The position numbers and the translations under genes are program-made. This document shows, piece by piece, positions 28,810 through 49,600 of a stretch of DNA of 64,000 nucleotides; positions within the stretch are counted from its first letter, which is position 1; each line of letters starts with the position of its first letter. A model generated the notes under the pieces. The model was not told where the DNA came from. It was given only the letters and a program-made list of their open reading frames with translations, and made no database searches. The DNA is from Lingula anatina (Eukaryota; Animalia; Brachiopoda): assembly GCA_051362555.1 (NCBI GenBank), contig CM120643.1, forward strand, positions 20,340,848 to 20,404,847, read 5' to 3'.

Positions 28810-29943
28810 CATTATGATACATGTAATAACATATTATTAAAATTTTATATTCCAGAGACCGCTGTCGGGTGTCTTTTCATGCTGGCTGTACCCATGTTAA
28901 GAACAGTGCTGTCGAAACAAGTAACAAATCAAGAACAAGGTATTGTTTCCTTCAGTGCAACAAAACAGGTCTATAAATAACAGAATTAAAATAACATTTT
29001 GCAAGCCGACGCCAATACGGCCCGTCGCAGGTTTTGCTTACCCATTCGATTTCTTCGAATTACGAAATTTTCATTAAGATATTTAACATATTATTATAAT
29101 TTAGTAATGTGAATGGAGGTCTTTTTAAGCTAGCATTGTATTCCAGAAATTTTAATGAGTTAGGACTGCTAACTTGTATTGTCCAAAAAAAAAAAAAAAA
29201 AAAAAACTTTGCCACTTTAGATCTTTATCATCCTTTATTTATTTAGTATTATAAATATTTTTTGGAGGGAGGGAGGGGAGTTTTCATTTTATGAATGCCA
29301 TTTAATAAACACAGTGTTAACATAAGTATATTGGGACTTTTCTACGATACGATCCTAAATCACAATAAGGGCCGCAGGTTGAGAAAAATGCTTGGGAAGG
29401 GGGAGGGGCAGTTGTTTTTAAAGGCCTACCAATTACCGTTTCATGCCAGTACATGAAGGTTATTTGTACTGCCTGCGGTACAGATCCAGAAACTGCAAAG
29501 TAAGAAAGGAAAAACTACAGCTGTTGCTGAATCTGTGATTTCAGACTGCCAAATTTCTACAAAAAATCTCTAATCTACATACATGTACATGTATATTCCA
29601 GGTGCGCTGTTCGCCAGTATATCGTTCATGGAGAACGCAGGTGGTCTCATTGGGAGCGTAGTACTTAGTAGTATATACTCAGGAACGGTGGCGTGGTTCC
29701 GAGGATTCGTACAGATGGTCATTGGTGGACTGTATCTTCTATCTTTGATATTATTGAGGTATTTAATTTATTAATTAATTTATATATAATTACCATAACC
29801 TTATTATATTTTTGTTTAAATTCTCATTTCTGTAATTTTTGACAGGGTTCATGTTGTAAGTTCTGTTTTTTTCTTTTATTTCCAGTATATACAGCTACAG
29901 AATTCGCGGTTCTGGGCTCAAAATGTTCGGAAGACAGGTGTGA
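27311..29943 (+). CDS. SLC46 family MFS transporter, copy 2 (tandem paralogue)
   Basis: Coding exons 27311-28399, 28568-28709, 28856-28939, 29602-29758 and 29886-29943, with the same intron positions and phases as copy 1 and an open frame. Acceptor at 27257; putative non-coding first exon donor at 26749|gtgagt. Confidence 0.9.
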
Positions 29944-31771
29944 CAGGGATGGTAATCCTAGGAATGGAAGTCTGGGCTCCCATGTAAACAGTACATATTA
30001 GTATTGGGTTAGTATATGGGACGAATGTCACCTGAACAAAATAATGGTGAACGGACTACGGTTCCCAGCGGATTACTATTGTCATACCGAGAGGGACCAT
30101 GCAGCGTACAGTTACATAGATAACATGGTATTGGACAAGAGAAAACAACCGGAGTTGTATGGAGTTGTCAATGTTGCAACTCCGAAATAAAGTGATTAAA
30201 TTGTTTCCCATATTATACGCACCAAGGAATATTATCCGCGTTCAGACCTGGAAATCGCACACAGAACTGGTATTTTAATGATATAATGATAATCTAATTT
30301 TTTAAAATTAAATTTAAATGATACCGGTTTTTGTTGGTTACTTTTTATCTACACATTTTCGTTCAAGCCCACGAGCATGTACATTTTAAAAATCATTTAT
30401 GAATAGATTTAAAGTAATAATATGCTTTCTTTGGTATAACTTTATGTAACTTTTACATGCAATTACATCCGCTGCTTTTACATATATATTTATGTTTGTC
30501 AGCTTTGACGATCGAGTTGTGATGGTTATTTATTCACACACTTATTGCTTAAATAAAGCTTCATACTCGTGGAAATTTGTATTGTGTTGTTTGTTACCTT
30601 ATATGCATAAAAATTAGACCAACTAAAAGATGGGCCATGCTTTATCAATTAAAAATAAAACTTCATGTATTTTTTATTATTCTTATTGATTCGAGCGCAG
30701 TATAAACACAGGCTATGACCTAACTAAAACACATGATATACATTCAAACAATAACAGTTCTAATACGTATATTACGCAATGGGAATTTCAATAGATTAAC
30801 TTTGCACATTTTCTGATTAATACTGTAGATCTAACATTAATTTGCGTGAGCCAGCGACTCTGTAGCAGTCGGTAAATGTTTTTTTTTTTTCTTTCCATAT
30901 TCTTGCAAACTGGGGATTTCACAATTGCTCCAAATGTTTTGTTAAAATGCCCGATATACATGGCAATGAGGACTTATTTTGATGAAATTTAAAGAAGTTA
31001 GCATAAAAGGATAAGTTCTGTTTCACTGAAATTATGCATCACATATCTAGATAATCTCACACAAAATATAATATCACGGATATGAACGGGATATTTGTAC
31101 ATTGCATTTGAAGGGGTCCGATTGCTGTAGAGAAGCTACACGCGTGTAAGGATAGGGGTTTATTGTGAAACATTTTGGAAGAAACCTGGTAGTGGTAACG
31201 TAGTTTTTGAGTCAAAACTAGCGTTTCGTGAGAAATACCATGTAGTATTATTAAATACCATCGAATTGAAGTGAAATTCTATTTGGATCTACTGAATAGT
31301 TTCTGAGAAATCAAAATTTAAAGATGGGTAATTTTTCAACCACCTCATTCAAACAATAATTCTTCATCGCCAGAGGCAAAATAAAATAAGAGGGTATATA
31401 TTAATAAAGAAAAAGAAACAGGACTATTCTGAAATATTTATTCCATACAAATTAAAGATAATCAACATATCGTATTCCTAACAATTCTGAAGTCGAACTC
31501 CCTTATTTTTACTGTAACCGTATCCAGTGCATGCCACAATATTTATGTACTTCAACTGTAACGTTAGCAAAGGTAGATGCAGACGGTAACTCGAGAGACA
31601 CGTACAGTTTGATGCAGTATTTGACACAATATAACCGTAGTTTTAGAATGGCGCTTTAAATTCCTGATAAAAACTATTGCCACGTCTATATTATTCTAAC
31701 TGCATCCCATGCCGACTTAAGCACATTCTCTATATTAAAATAAAAAAAAATTGACTTACTATTAATTTTTG

Positions 31772-31806
<35 letters not shown>

Positions 31807-32343
31807 ACATACATTTAAAAAAAACATGCGTTCAAAATGACCATAAACTGATATTTACACAAATCTTGATTATTCAGTTATATAATGTTGTTATTCTTAG
31901 ACATAATTCTTATGCCATCAATGAGTGTTGACTGTGTTCAGATGAATAAATACATTAACATATTAACAAATTCTCTTTAATTACAGTTAATTTCACCTTG
32001 ATGTTCATGTGTTTTTCTTAACTCAGTGCATGTTTAGCGAAGCTCTATTTGATTTACAATAGTAAGTGTTAATGTCACTTAGAAAGGTAACAATAATGAG
32101 ACCAAATCATGTTATCCCTTAAATTTAAAGAACAACACAGAAAAAATAATTGCACCTTACTGAACTTTAAATCATTTTAAATATAGAAATAGATCATTTT
32201 TCAACATTTGGTCTTATTATACATTCGAGTTCAAAATACCCCAAACTTTTGATCAGATGCCTGATGCTTCCACATTTTCAAAATCTTTGTGTCAATATGT
32301 GCACATATCAGACAAGCCGGCAAATATGAAAATTTGAAAGTAA

Positions 32344-34094
32344 AACTAGAGGATCAGAGAGGCGATACCGCCTCTGGATATTGTACCACCAGCTGGAGTA
32401 AGCGCATTCGTATGGACCCCCCCCCCCCAAAAAAAAAAAAAAAAAAAAAATTGGACACCACCACCAGTCTTGTGCTTGACAAGCTCTATAAAATGCAATA
32501 AACAAGAGTTCTCAAAATATGAAAAAAAAAAAAAATCGAAAAAACATAACAGTTAAAATGGTCCAATCAAGGAGATGTCCAAATTAACCTGTATTTTCCT
32601 AACACTGACCACTTTTCTAGACAATAGGCCTATTAGTTTTCCTTGAAATGCATTATCAGTAATGCATATACCGGAATGCTGACAACAGAGAAAACCTAGG
32701 GACAACACTAGGCAGATCTTTGCTAGTTTTGAAGATATGAAGGGCAAGAAAATATGCAGAGTTCAGTTTGAGGTAAAAAAGTAGGTCAAAGGTCAATTTC
32801 AAGGTCACAGTATATGACTTCCTATATAAGTTCAATAGTAACTATGGGCATTTCTTTGCCAATGTTGGAGATATGAAGGCCAGGAAACATGCAAAGTGCA
32901 GTTCATCATAAATAGTAGGTCAAAGGTCAATTTCAAGGTCACAGTAAGATTGCCAGTATATGACCTCCTATTCAAGTTCAATAGTAACTTTGGACCTATC
33001 TCTGCCAGTTTTCGAGATATAAGGGATAGAAAATTTGCAAAGTTCAGTTCATGGTGAAAAGTAGGTCAAAGGTCAATTTCAAGGTCACAATAAGAATGCC
33101 AGTATATGACTTCCTATTCAAGTTCAACAGTAACTATGGGTGTATCTCTGCCAGTTTTGTAGATATAAGGGCTGGAAAATTTGCAAAGTTCAGTTCATGG
33201 TGAAAAGTAGGTCAAAGGTCAATTTAAAGGTCACAGTTAGATTTCTTGTATATAACTTCCTATTCAAGTTCAATAGTAACTATGGGCGTATCTCTGCCAG
33301 TTTTGGAATATTTAACATTTTCCCCAGTGAATATTGCGATGTTGTAATTTTTGATATAGCGCAATGCCTAAACCATATCGAAAACAAAAAATGGACACCA
33401 CCTCCAGTATTGCACTTGACAAGTTCTATAAAATGCGATGAACAAAAGGTCTCTGGCATTTACCATTCCAGAATAAAAGCAAGTTTTCAGTTTCAGTATC
33501 TAATGGCTGCTTCTCCCGTGAAAATGCACCGATTGACCCCAAACTCCCAAAGATGAAAGGAGTCCCCAATTGTAACGCCTCACTATAACAGGAGAGCTTA
33601 GATCTGTGTAGTTTCCAAAAAATAGCACAAACAAATATTTTTTTGCAGAAAATTCCCATTTTTAGAAAATTTTGGCTTGTTTGACCTTGAAAAAAAGGTC
33701 AAAACTCAAATCAAAGGGCATATTTGGAATCTCCACATATGACTTTCGGTCAGACTTCTGTAGTAATTTTTCCCATAATTCCTTTGGTTTGGGAGATATT
33801 TAGCCTCGAAGTTTCAAAAATTTTGACAAGGGTGCATTTCAACAAGTGCCACGCCCAGGCCAATGCACCGACAGAGACAAAAAAACCAGGGTGTTCAAGT
33901 TGAGATTATATGTGACCTAAATCCAAGAGATGGGGACACAGGTCCTGGCGGTCTAGGAGGAGAAGCGGTAACGGTGACTTGTTTCCGGCGCCCGACTGCG
34001 GAGCCGGCGGAGCCGCAGGAGCCGGCGGAGCTGTACGAGACGGGTCGGGACTAAAACCATGAGTACCGCCAGCGTATACGCTGGTGGTACTAAT
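32344..34094. mobile_element. Non-autonomous Helentron/HINE-like element with internal ~146-bp tandem array
   Basis: aactag end plus hairpin agaggcgataccgcctct; sub-terminal inverted repeat gtaccaccagc (~32373) / gctggtggtac (~34080); terminal palindrome gtaccgccagcgtatacgctggtggtac; about 4 monomers at 32730-33310; second copy at 59265-61485. Confidence 0.8.
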
Positions 34095-34936
34095 AACTGC
34101 CATGCAATGGCTACTGGGTGAGAATCCAAATTTTCATGAGATAAATAAACAACTGTTGTACCTATTGGTTTCCACATTTACTGACCTGTGTTAGACGGCT
34201 GCAAGTCACCTGTAATTTCTCAATAACGAAGTTGTTTTCTACATTTTGGCTTCTTTTTGATGATTTGAAAACCAATACTAACTGTTACTCAAGATTTTTA
34301 ATTTCCCATGCAGCAGGATACCAGAAAAGTATAAAAAAATTTCTTGTGTACATGCCCAAAACCCCCTTCAAAAAATATATTGGGAAAAAATGACCAAGCA
34401 TGCATTTTCCAGAGTTCTATGTTCTACAGAGACAAAAATATGATCATCTTTCTTGTTAAACATCCACACTGTTAGAACATACATGCAGGTTTTTACAGCA
34501 AAAAGGAGATTAAAGAAGATAAGAACTACCCTTCCACCAAGCTTAAGCCACAGTGAGCCCTGTAAATTTGAATTCAGTTTCGCATGACAGCAAGACTTTC
34601 TGGTGTGGTATCTAAAATGTACTCGATTTTCAATTTTACTTTTGTTTCTTATCCATTAAAAACTTCATATTAATTAAACACAGAAATGTTTTAGTATCAA
34701 CAGGAATATTTTGTTCCACCCACTCTCTGTTTTAGCATCAACCTATGTGACACAGTGACCAACAAAATCAACACGAGGTGATGGGAAAGTTTTGACACTC
34801 AAGACACTGTCAATAACTGGCAGTGACACTGTCAACCGATATCTCTTTTTGCTTTTCTGGGTCTATGGATTACATGAATATTGATGGGCACAATTGCCAG
34901 TCTTTCTTTACTCTTCCTTCTTTCCTCTTTTCTTTT

Positions 34937-42388
<7,452 letters not shown>

Positions 42389-42790
42389 TTAGACCAGCTT
42401 TGGTATTTTTTTATAAGTATTATTCGTCTACATCCAAACCGTACTGACTTCCCGAAAAGATGGCGGAAGTTGACAGTCGTCAGAGTCACGTGACTTTCAG
42501 GAAAACCCAAGAAATATAATCATTTATTTGTATATCGTATTATAGTGGTACTTTAGAGTAGTAAAATATATATAATAAATATTTTGGTTGATTGTAAAGC
42601 TTTTATGCCAACAGATGCATCAACTGAGTACATTTTATGATTTATCAGATTACCTTGATAAGCGACACCTATTGACTAGTTTGCACACTGACTGCCGTCT
42701 GCTAGTGAAAGTAAAAGTCAAAATCTTTCATCGTAACGTTTGTTGAAAACCATTTATTCGCTTCACAAGCGCACGCAACGTTATTTTAGG
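42389..42790. promoter_or_regulatory. Bidirectional promoter region between VPS4 and C18orf63
   Basis: Divergent ATGs at 42388 and 43307; AAGATGGCGG (YY1-like) overlapping CGGAAGT (ETS-like) at ~42457-42470; palindromic E-box GTCACGTGAC at 42485-42494. Confidence 0.6.
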
Positions 42791-43306
42791 TAAAATCAAA
42801 CAATTTGTTACTTTAAATTCAAAAATTGTATCACAGATATTCATCGCCAGGCATTCGCTTTTAATCTTTAGGTAGCCTCAATTATGACTCGAATACAACG
42901 AATTACAGACATAGTAACAAGTGCTTGAAAATCTCATTGAAAAAACGGAGATCCGAGATTTGAACAGCAGAGATATTGGTTGTCAGAACATAACTTAATA
43001 AAATGAAATTCAAAGGCTTATACTTTCTAGGTTGGGGGGGGGGGGGGGGTACTGCAATAGTTTTTTTTTTTTTTTTTTTGGCACTTAACCTCTGCAAGTA
43101 GATTCTACAATATACTGGTAAGTAAATTGCAAATAAAAGTTTAACGCAAGTGTTTTATACTTTATTATCATAGTTTACAGACAATTCAAGTTTTTAAATT
43201 ATTCATTTATTTTCAGCATAGAGCAAAGTAAATTATAACCAGTTAGCATCGACTGTGAAAATTTTAGACTACATCATTTAAGAACATCATATATCAAATA
43301 AGTAAA

Positions 43307-43584
43307 ATGCAGACCAGGAACCAGCATGACGGTGGACCCTGGGAGTTGTACTTCTTTTGTCCTCCACAGATGAAGGAGTTGTGTGCTGTTACAGTGTGTG
43401 TGACACAGCAGGCTTCAGCCACAGTCTCCAGACAGCTGCCACAGATTCTTAAATGCAGGTGAATATTGAATTGTCACTTAATGATGAATGTAAAAAATAA
43501 ATACATAATTAATAAAAATGGATAAATTACTTAGTACATTAAAGAATAAGTGGATATTATTTAGTGAATGAATGCATGTTTTAA

Positions 43585-43639
<55 letters not shown>

Positions 43640-46600
43640 ATTGATGAATGAATGATCAGAAATGTAAATTCTTCAATTTTAAACTTTTTATATTCTTTAA
43701 AAAGACTGGAACTAGTTTTAATTTTTCTTTGTATACTTATAGTACTGGTATTTTGATGTTAGAGAAAAACAATAAATTATTGTTGACCTGAGTACTGACA
43801 ATGTATCTGGTAAAATCTTAAATATTTTTCAGGGAGCTGATATTCACAGAGCCAGATATTTTAGCCACTCCTGCATTGGGCTTCATGTCTAGAGTACATA
43901 TAATTATGCAGGTAAATTGACTATGTGCTTTTTTGTGACTTGGACAAAAATAACAATTTTTGAAGAAAAATTCTGAGCAGCGAGTTATTGTGGTGTACAA
44001 TTTTTTATCAGCAATATTTGCACAACTTGGGCCCAGTATTCAAAATCCCCTAATTCTATCATGGATCCACCATAGCTTATAGTACATATTGCAAAAAAAC
44101 ATTATGTTAATCATAATATGTTGTTTACCCTGTTTTCTTTTTAAAACAAGGCCTATAGATAAAGTTCATCTAATGGACAGGACTACTAAATCAGATTGTG
44201 TTTGTTGAGACAGATCATGTCACAGATACAACCAGTAGCAGTCATTACAGGGCCAGGCACTGTGCTATTGCATTTCTTATCACCAAATATAATATATATA
44301 CAAAGTGCTTGATCTCTGGCAGCTTAACAGTTAATCAAAATAACATTTCATGATTGATTGATTATATGTATATAAATGTTCTTGGTGACAGTTAACTTAG
44401 AGTAACAAGGGTTAATGTTTTCCATTATAGAAGTCTCTGTACCGAACTGGAAGACTGCAAACAAGATTTGAAAAGATGGGACTTGAGGTGGGTTCTTTCT
44501 GTTTTTATTTAATACAAATATTAATAAATTTATTTACACAATATTTATTATACTATCACCATTTTTCTCAATAATACCAGTAATGTTGTTGTAGACTGCA
44601 TAAAATTACTACGAATCATTTATTTTGAAATTGAATGGCAGCTTGCTTCAACATTTTGTGATGACAGCAACTTGCAAGATATTATCCAGGTGAACAGAAC
44701 ACTTAATATTTGCATGATCGTGCATTGATGTAGATGTACATGTATATTGACTATATACAGAAAGACATCTTAACAAAGTATTTTAATAAAAAAAATAAAT
44801 AAATTAACAGACTTGATAAAATAAGTATTAGATATTGATTTTATTGAGTGAAAGTTTTTTAAGGTCACTTGATTTCTGTGAAAAAATGACAATTATTTTA
44901 CAAATTTATTAACCAACAGGCAGGTCAGCCTCATCACGTGACCCCTGTTTTGTACAAGGAATGTCTGCAGTACACATTGCTTGCCAAGATAGCACCAAAT
45001 TGGAATAAAGTGGGGGAATGGCTTGTACAAGGTAAATACTGATCTTAAAATTTAAAGAAGGAATTTTAAAATTTGTTTCATTTTAAAGCAGTTTATTATT
45101 TTGAATAGTTTGATGTTTTATTGATATTGAGTATCTCTGTAATAATTTTCAAACTCACCAAAAATGGTTCTGTTAAAAGGGTGTATAGTACTTTGGAAAA
45201 CTTTATTTATATATTTTCTGTACGTTTGAATATTTAGTTTCAAAAGGCTGGTTTAGAAAAATCCATCAACCTTATATCAGCATTTAAGTATTTTTGTATT
45301 TCATTTTCAGGGAGAGACTTTTTACAAATCTCCATCAATATGAATGCAGTAGGTAAGTAAATTAAAATATGATAACAATTTTTAAATTTTTAATTATGGT
45401 CAAGCGAATTATAACTTTTAAATTAAATGATATTTTAAAAAGTTTACTTAGATAAGTATGAAAATCACAGAAAAGTGTAAAATACTTTTGGAAAAGTAAT
45501 CACTGTAATGAAACTATTTTTTCTGATACAGGTCTAGAAGTTAGTGTAAATGACAATGAAATGTATTTTATGATTCGCTCCACTGTTTTACGGATTCCTC
45601 CAATGAAGGTAAATTTGCACCGATCATTCTTTAAACTATCAAGTCCACTTTCATCTGTTAAACAGGTTGAAATTTTGACCAGGTGAAACAACTACATTTT
45701 TTGCATCTGAGTGAAATCTTAACAGGTGTATGACAATGTTTTAAATAACTTGACCACTTGATGATTTCAGCTTGTTTTATAAAATCTCTTACAGAACTCA
45801 AAATCATATTTTATTGAATTGATGCACAATAAAAATATTCTTACAAATCTTCAAATCTATTTCAGTTGGAAGATCTGAACATAACACAGTCAGTATTGCT
45901 AGAACTTGTACAGAATCCTCACAGCAGAATAGATGAATATTCACTGGGAAATCAGTGGTTTTATGTTTTACCCAGGTGTAATATTATAACACTGATCTTT
46001 AACTATTGTCAGCATTGCTTGATTTTTTCAGAATTACAGTCAATTGTATTTAAATAAAAAACTACTTCACCTGTCCATTACCCTGTGTAAGCCTAATTTG
46101 ACTTTGATATTTTGGATTTATTGTTAATTATTATTAAAGAAATGTTTTTTATTCCTGTTCATGTTCCTATTGAGGTTGAAGTAATATGAATTTCAGTTTA
46201 GTTTCTGTAGCACATTTAATGCCCACGTTCTCTGGGACTCCATTTCAATTCAGCATGAAGAAAGGCAAACTTGTTGCTGTTACCTGCAGTCTCCCCACAG
46301 ACGGTGTCTTCAGAAGTTACAGAGAAATGAAGAGACATTGGAAAAACATGGTAAGCAACTGATAAACTCAGGTTCAAATTTTTATGTCAATTAAAAATTT
46401 AAAAATCATAAATTGCATAATACTACATTACCCATGCGATTTGAATATTGCATAAAAAGAAATCCTAACATGAGTCATAAAATGTGCAGGACTAAAAATT
46501 TAATTTGAGCTTATTTAACTTAAATTGTTTAAACAGTTGTTTCTAAATGTTTATATTTGGATATTCAAGTTAAGTTTAAATTTGATATATATTTTAATAA

Positions 46601-49600
46601 GCCATTTTTTGTTCAGCATGGCTATCGTCTACCAGAGAATGAGGAAGGCTTGTTCTACTGTCAAATACATTTCAAGCCCATAGGCCAGACTCTTTTTACG
46701 TATCTTTTTCTTAAAATTTAGAAGTTTTTAAAAAGTCTAAATCTTACTATAAGTTTTTGACAACTCTTAAGTTTAAACAGGAGAAATGTAAAACAAACAA
46801 CATCATAAAGATATTGATATCCCCATTATTATACTTGATATCCCCATTCTGATATTGGAGTATGGTCAGTTGTCAGCTTTGTATTTATTTATTTATTATT
46901 TATTTATTTATTTATTTTTTTTTGGGGGGGGGGGTGACTTTTATAAGTTTAAATAATGTGGACATAAACACATACATGTATATATTGGCTATAAGCAGAT
47001 ATATTCTTTAAATACAATGATTAAAGTTACCCCAGTTGCTGCTTGCGTACACATGAGCCAGCTGTAGGTTCCAGACCTGGTTCCCCACAGACAGTACACT
47101 CATTTTTACAAGATCTACAAGCCAAAATGCCAAGGATTTGTGGGCAGAAACTACAGCTTGAGAAAAATGTTTGGAAACCAGTGCCTGCTTTAGTGGATGC
47201 TACTCAGGTAAATCAACAGGAATTAATTTGGTTGCATTGTGAAAAATGGATATAAAAATAAATTGAGAAACAAGAGTGATATGAAGAACAATTTTATGTG
47301 AAATTTTTAAAAAAATCACAGGTTAAAGAATTTCCATCAAAAGCCACCCACAGATGGCCCATACTGGCAATTGTTCAGATGGATTTTATATACGATGTAT
47401 AAGAATTATATAAGTAATTCATGTAATGCTATACATTATTATTAGGTAATTAGTAAGTTAACCCCAATTTCATTGCTGATCTAATAAGTGAATATATAAA
47501 TATTGCAGGTAGAACCAAGCAGCAAGAATAATGCCAACTTGGTCCACAAGCCCCCAGAGAAGATCACATATCCATATAAGAGAAACACCATTCTGGCACC
47601 ACTGCCTCTGCGGCAGTACGGAGGACCACAGGCCCCACCCTCTCTGCAGCTACTTGCTGCTCTGTATTCTTCAACTCCACAGAACCCCATTCAACAACTG
47701 GTGCCCCAGCATGGCAGTACAGCAGAAACACAGAAGGTACCTGCAAAACCAGACCAGGAGGGAGCTACTACATCAAGTGCATCTTCTTTCATTGACGGTT
47801 GCAGGCTAGATGGGAAAATCAACAATGGTGGTATACAGGTTAGTGCTAGTAGCACAATGAGTCAACCTCAGCAGTCTGAAGAAGGCACATCTGCTTCTTG
47901 TCAGACAAATAGAGTAGTACCAAAATTCCAATCCACAAAGAAACTAGCTTGCAGATCTTCAAGCACCGACATTGGTGAGGTATCTGCCTCTGCATCTAGA
48001 ATAGTGCCAATATTTAAACCCAAGAAGTTAAAAACAGCTGGACTTGTTGGCAAATCAAAGGAGATTGCCTCAGTCACTAAGGATACCACTATAAAAATAA
48101 GAAACTCAGAAAGAAATGGGATACTCCAGTCACCCATGTCTGTCACATCTGTATCAGGAAGTCAGCCCACTGGGACCTCCGATTTACCTTGGACTGAATG
48201 CACCAAAAAACTCAGTCTTGCCAAAACAAACTCTGCTTCTGCTCAAGTATCTAGAATGCCAAGACTTGGTACTGTAGAAAGTGGCTGTCCAGAAGAACTA
48301 ACAACTAACAAGCCTGAAGTGACACCAGTATCTCTTACCCAGGGCCATGCCAGTTATACCACAGCCTCACACCCTCCAGCTAAAGTACAGAGAATGGATG
48401 ATGAGGTTTGTAATAACATTTTTCTTTCTTAAATGAAAAAACTGCAGTTACATATATAGCATTTGAGGCACATGATGTGAAGTAGTTGGATAATTGACAC
48501 CTCTTTCATTTTGTAGTCTTTTTTTAATAATTTCACATTCAAATTTGTCTTAAAAAGCAAGAGATCCATAGGCTAATTATAATTATACGTAACCACACAG
48601 TAAGTTGTCATTGCTTTAATTTTAATGGACATAAACTTTTCATGAAAATTTCTTAACATAAGTTTGAGGAAACCATGAAGCTACAGTCAAAGAAACCAAG
48701 GAACAAACCTAAAGTCCAGGAGAACGTGAATAAAGAAGAACTGGCATACAATAATCAGGTAAGGTTACCTAAATACAGAAAGAGACACAGCTATACACAT
48801 CCTACTTTATAGCACTGTGGTAAATACCTAGCTTAAGAGGCACAGCAATGTTCTCTGATTGCTTTATATTTGACAGGGATTTCAATATTACTGAATTATT
48901 TACTGTCAAGAACTTAAAGGGTTTGCTTCATGCAGTCAGAATGGCCTGAACGGAACATATTCTTCAGAAAACATGCCCAACTAACAATATCTTTATCCAA
49001 ATACACAAATTAAAAGCTCATTTTGTAAATTTTTGGCTTTAAAAAACGTCCTATTTGCTCGGTCTGGGAGTTAATGAGCTAAGTGGTCACGTGGTCCAAT
49101 GACGACAATCGAGCCACTGGAGAACAGAGCGTGCTTAGCTGTCAAACTGAGCTGCATTGTCTACCTGTAAGATGACTTCTCTGGCTTCTGATAAAAGTTT
49201 ATGCTCATTCAAATCTCTTACCCGAGGGGTCTAAATCCTCGTGAAGCTGTGTAAAACCATTTCCCGTCTAGTCATTTCTTTAACAATCATTTCATTATGG
49301 TTATCTTAAGTTGTATAAAACACTGCATTTGAATGAGTTAAGGGAAATGTTGATTATTGCATATGAGGTCCATGTTATTTGTGAAATTCAATTTATTTTA
49401 TTAAACCGCTGACACTCCGTCTTGCATACTTTTATTAAACTGAGGTAAACAATGCCCGTTACCTTTACAAGTCCTATCTTAATCATCCATCTAACTGGAA
49501 CTTCCTTTACCTCTTACTTAGAGGGTTAAATGGCATTCAGTTTGTCTTGCTTGTATCGAACGCACTCTCTATCTAAGCTTTACTCCAGTTATCTCAGGTA

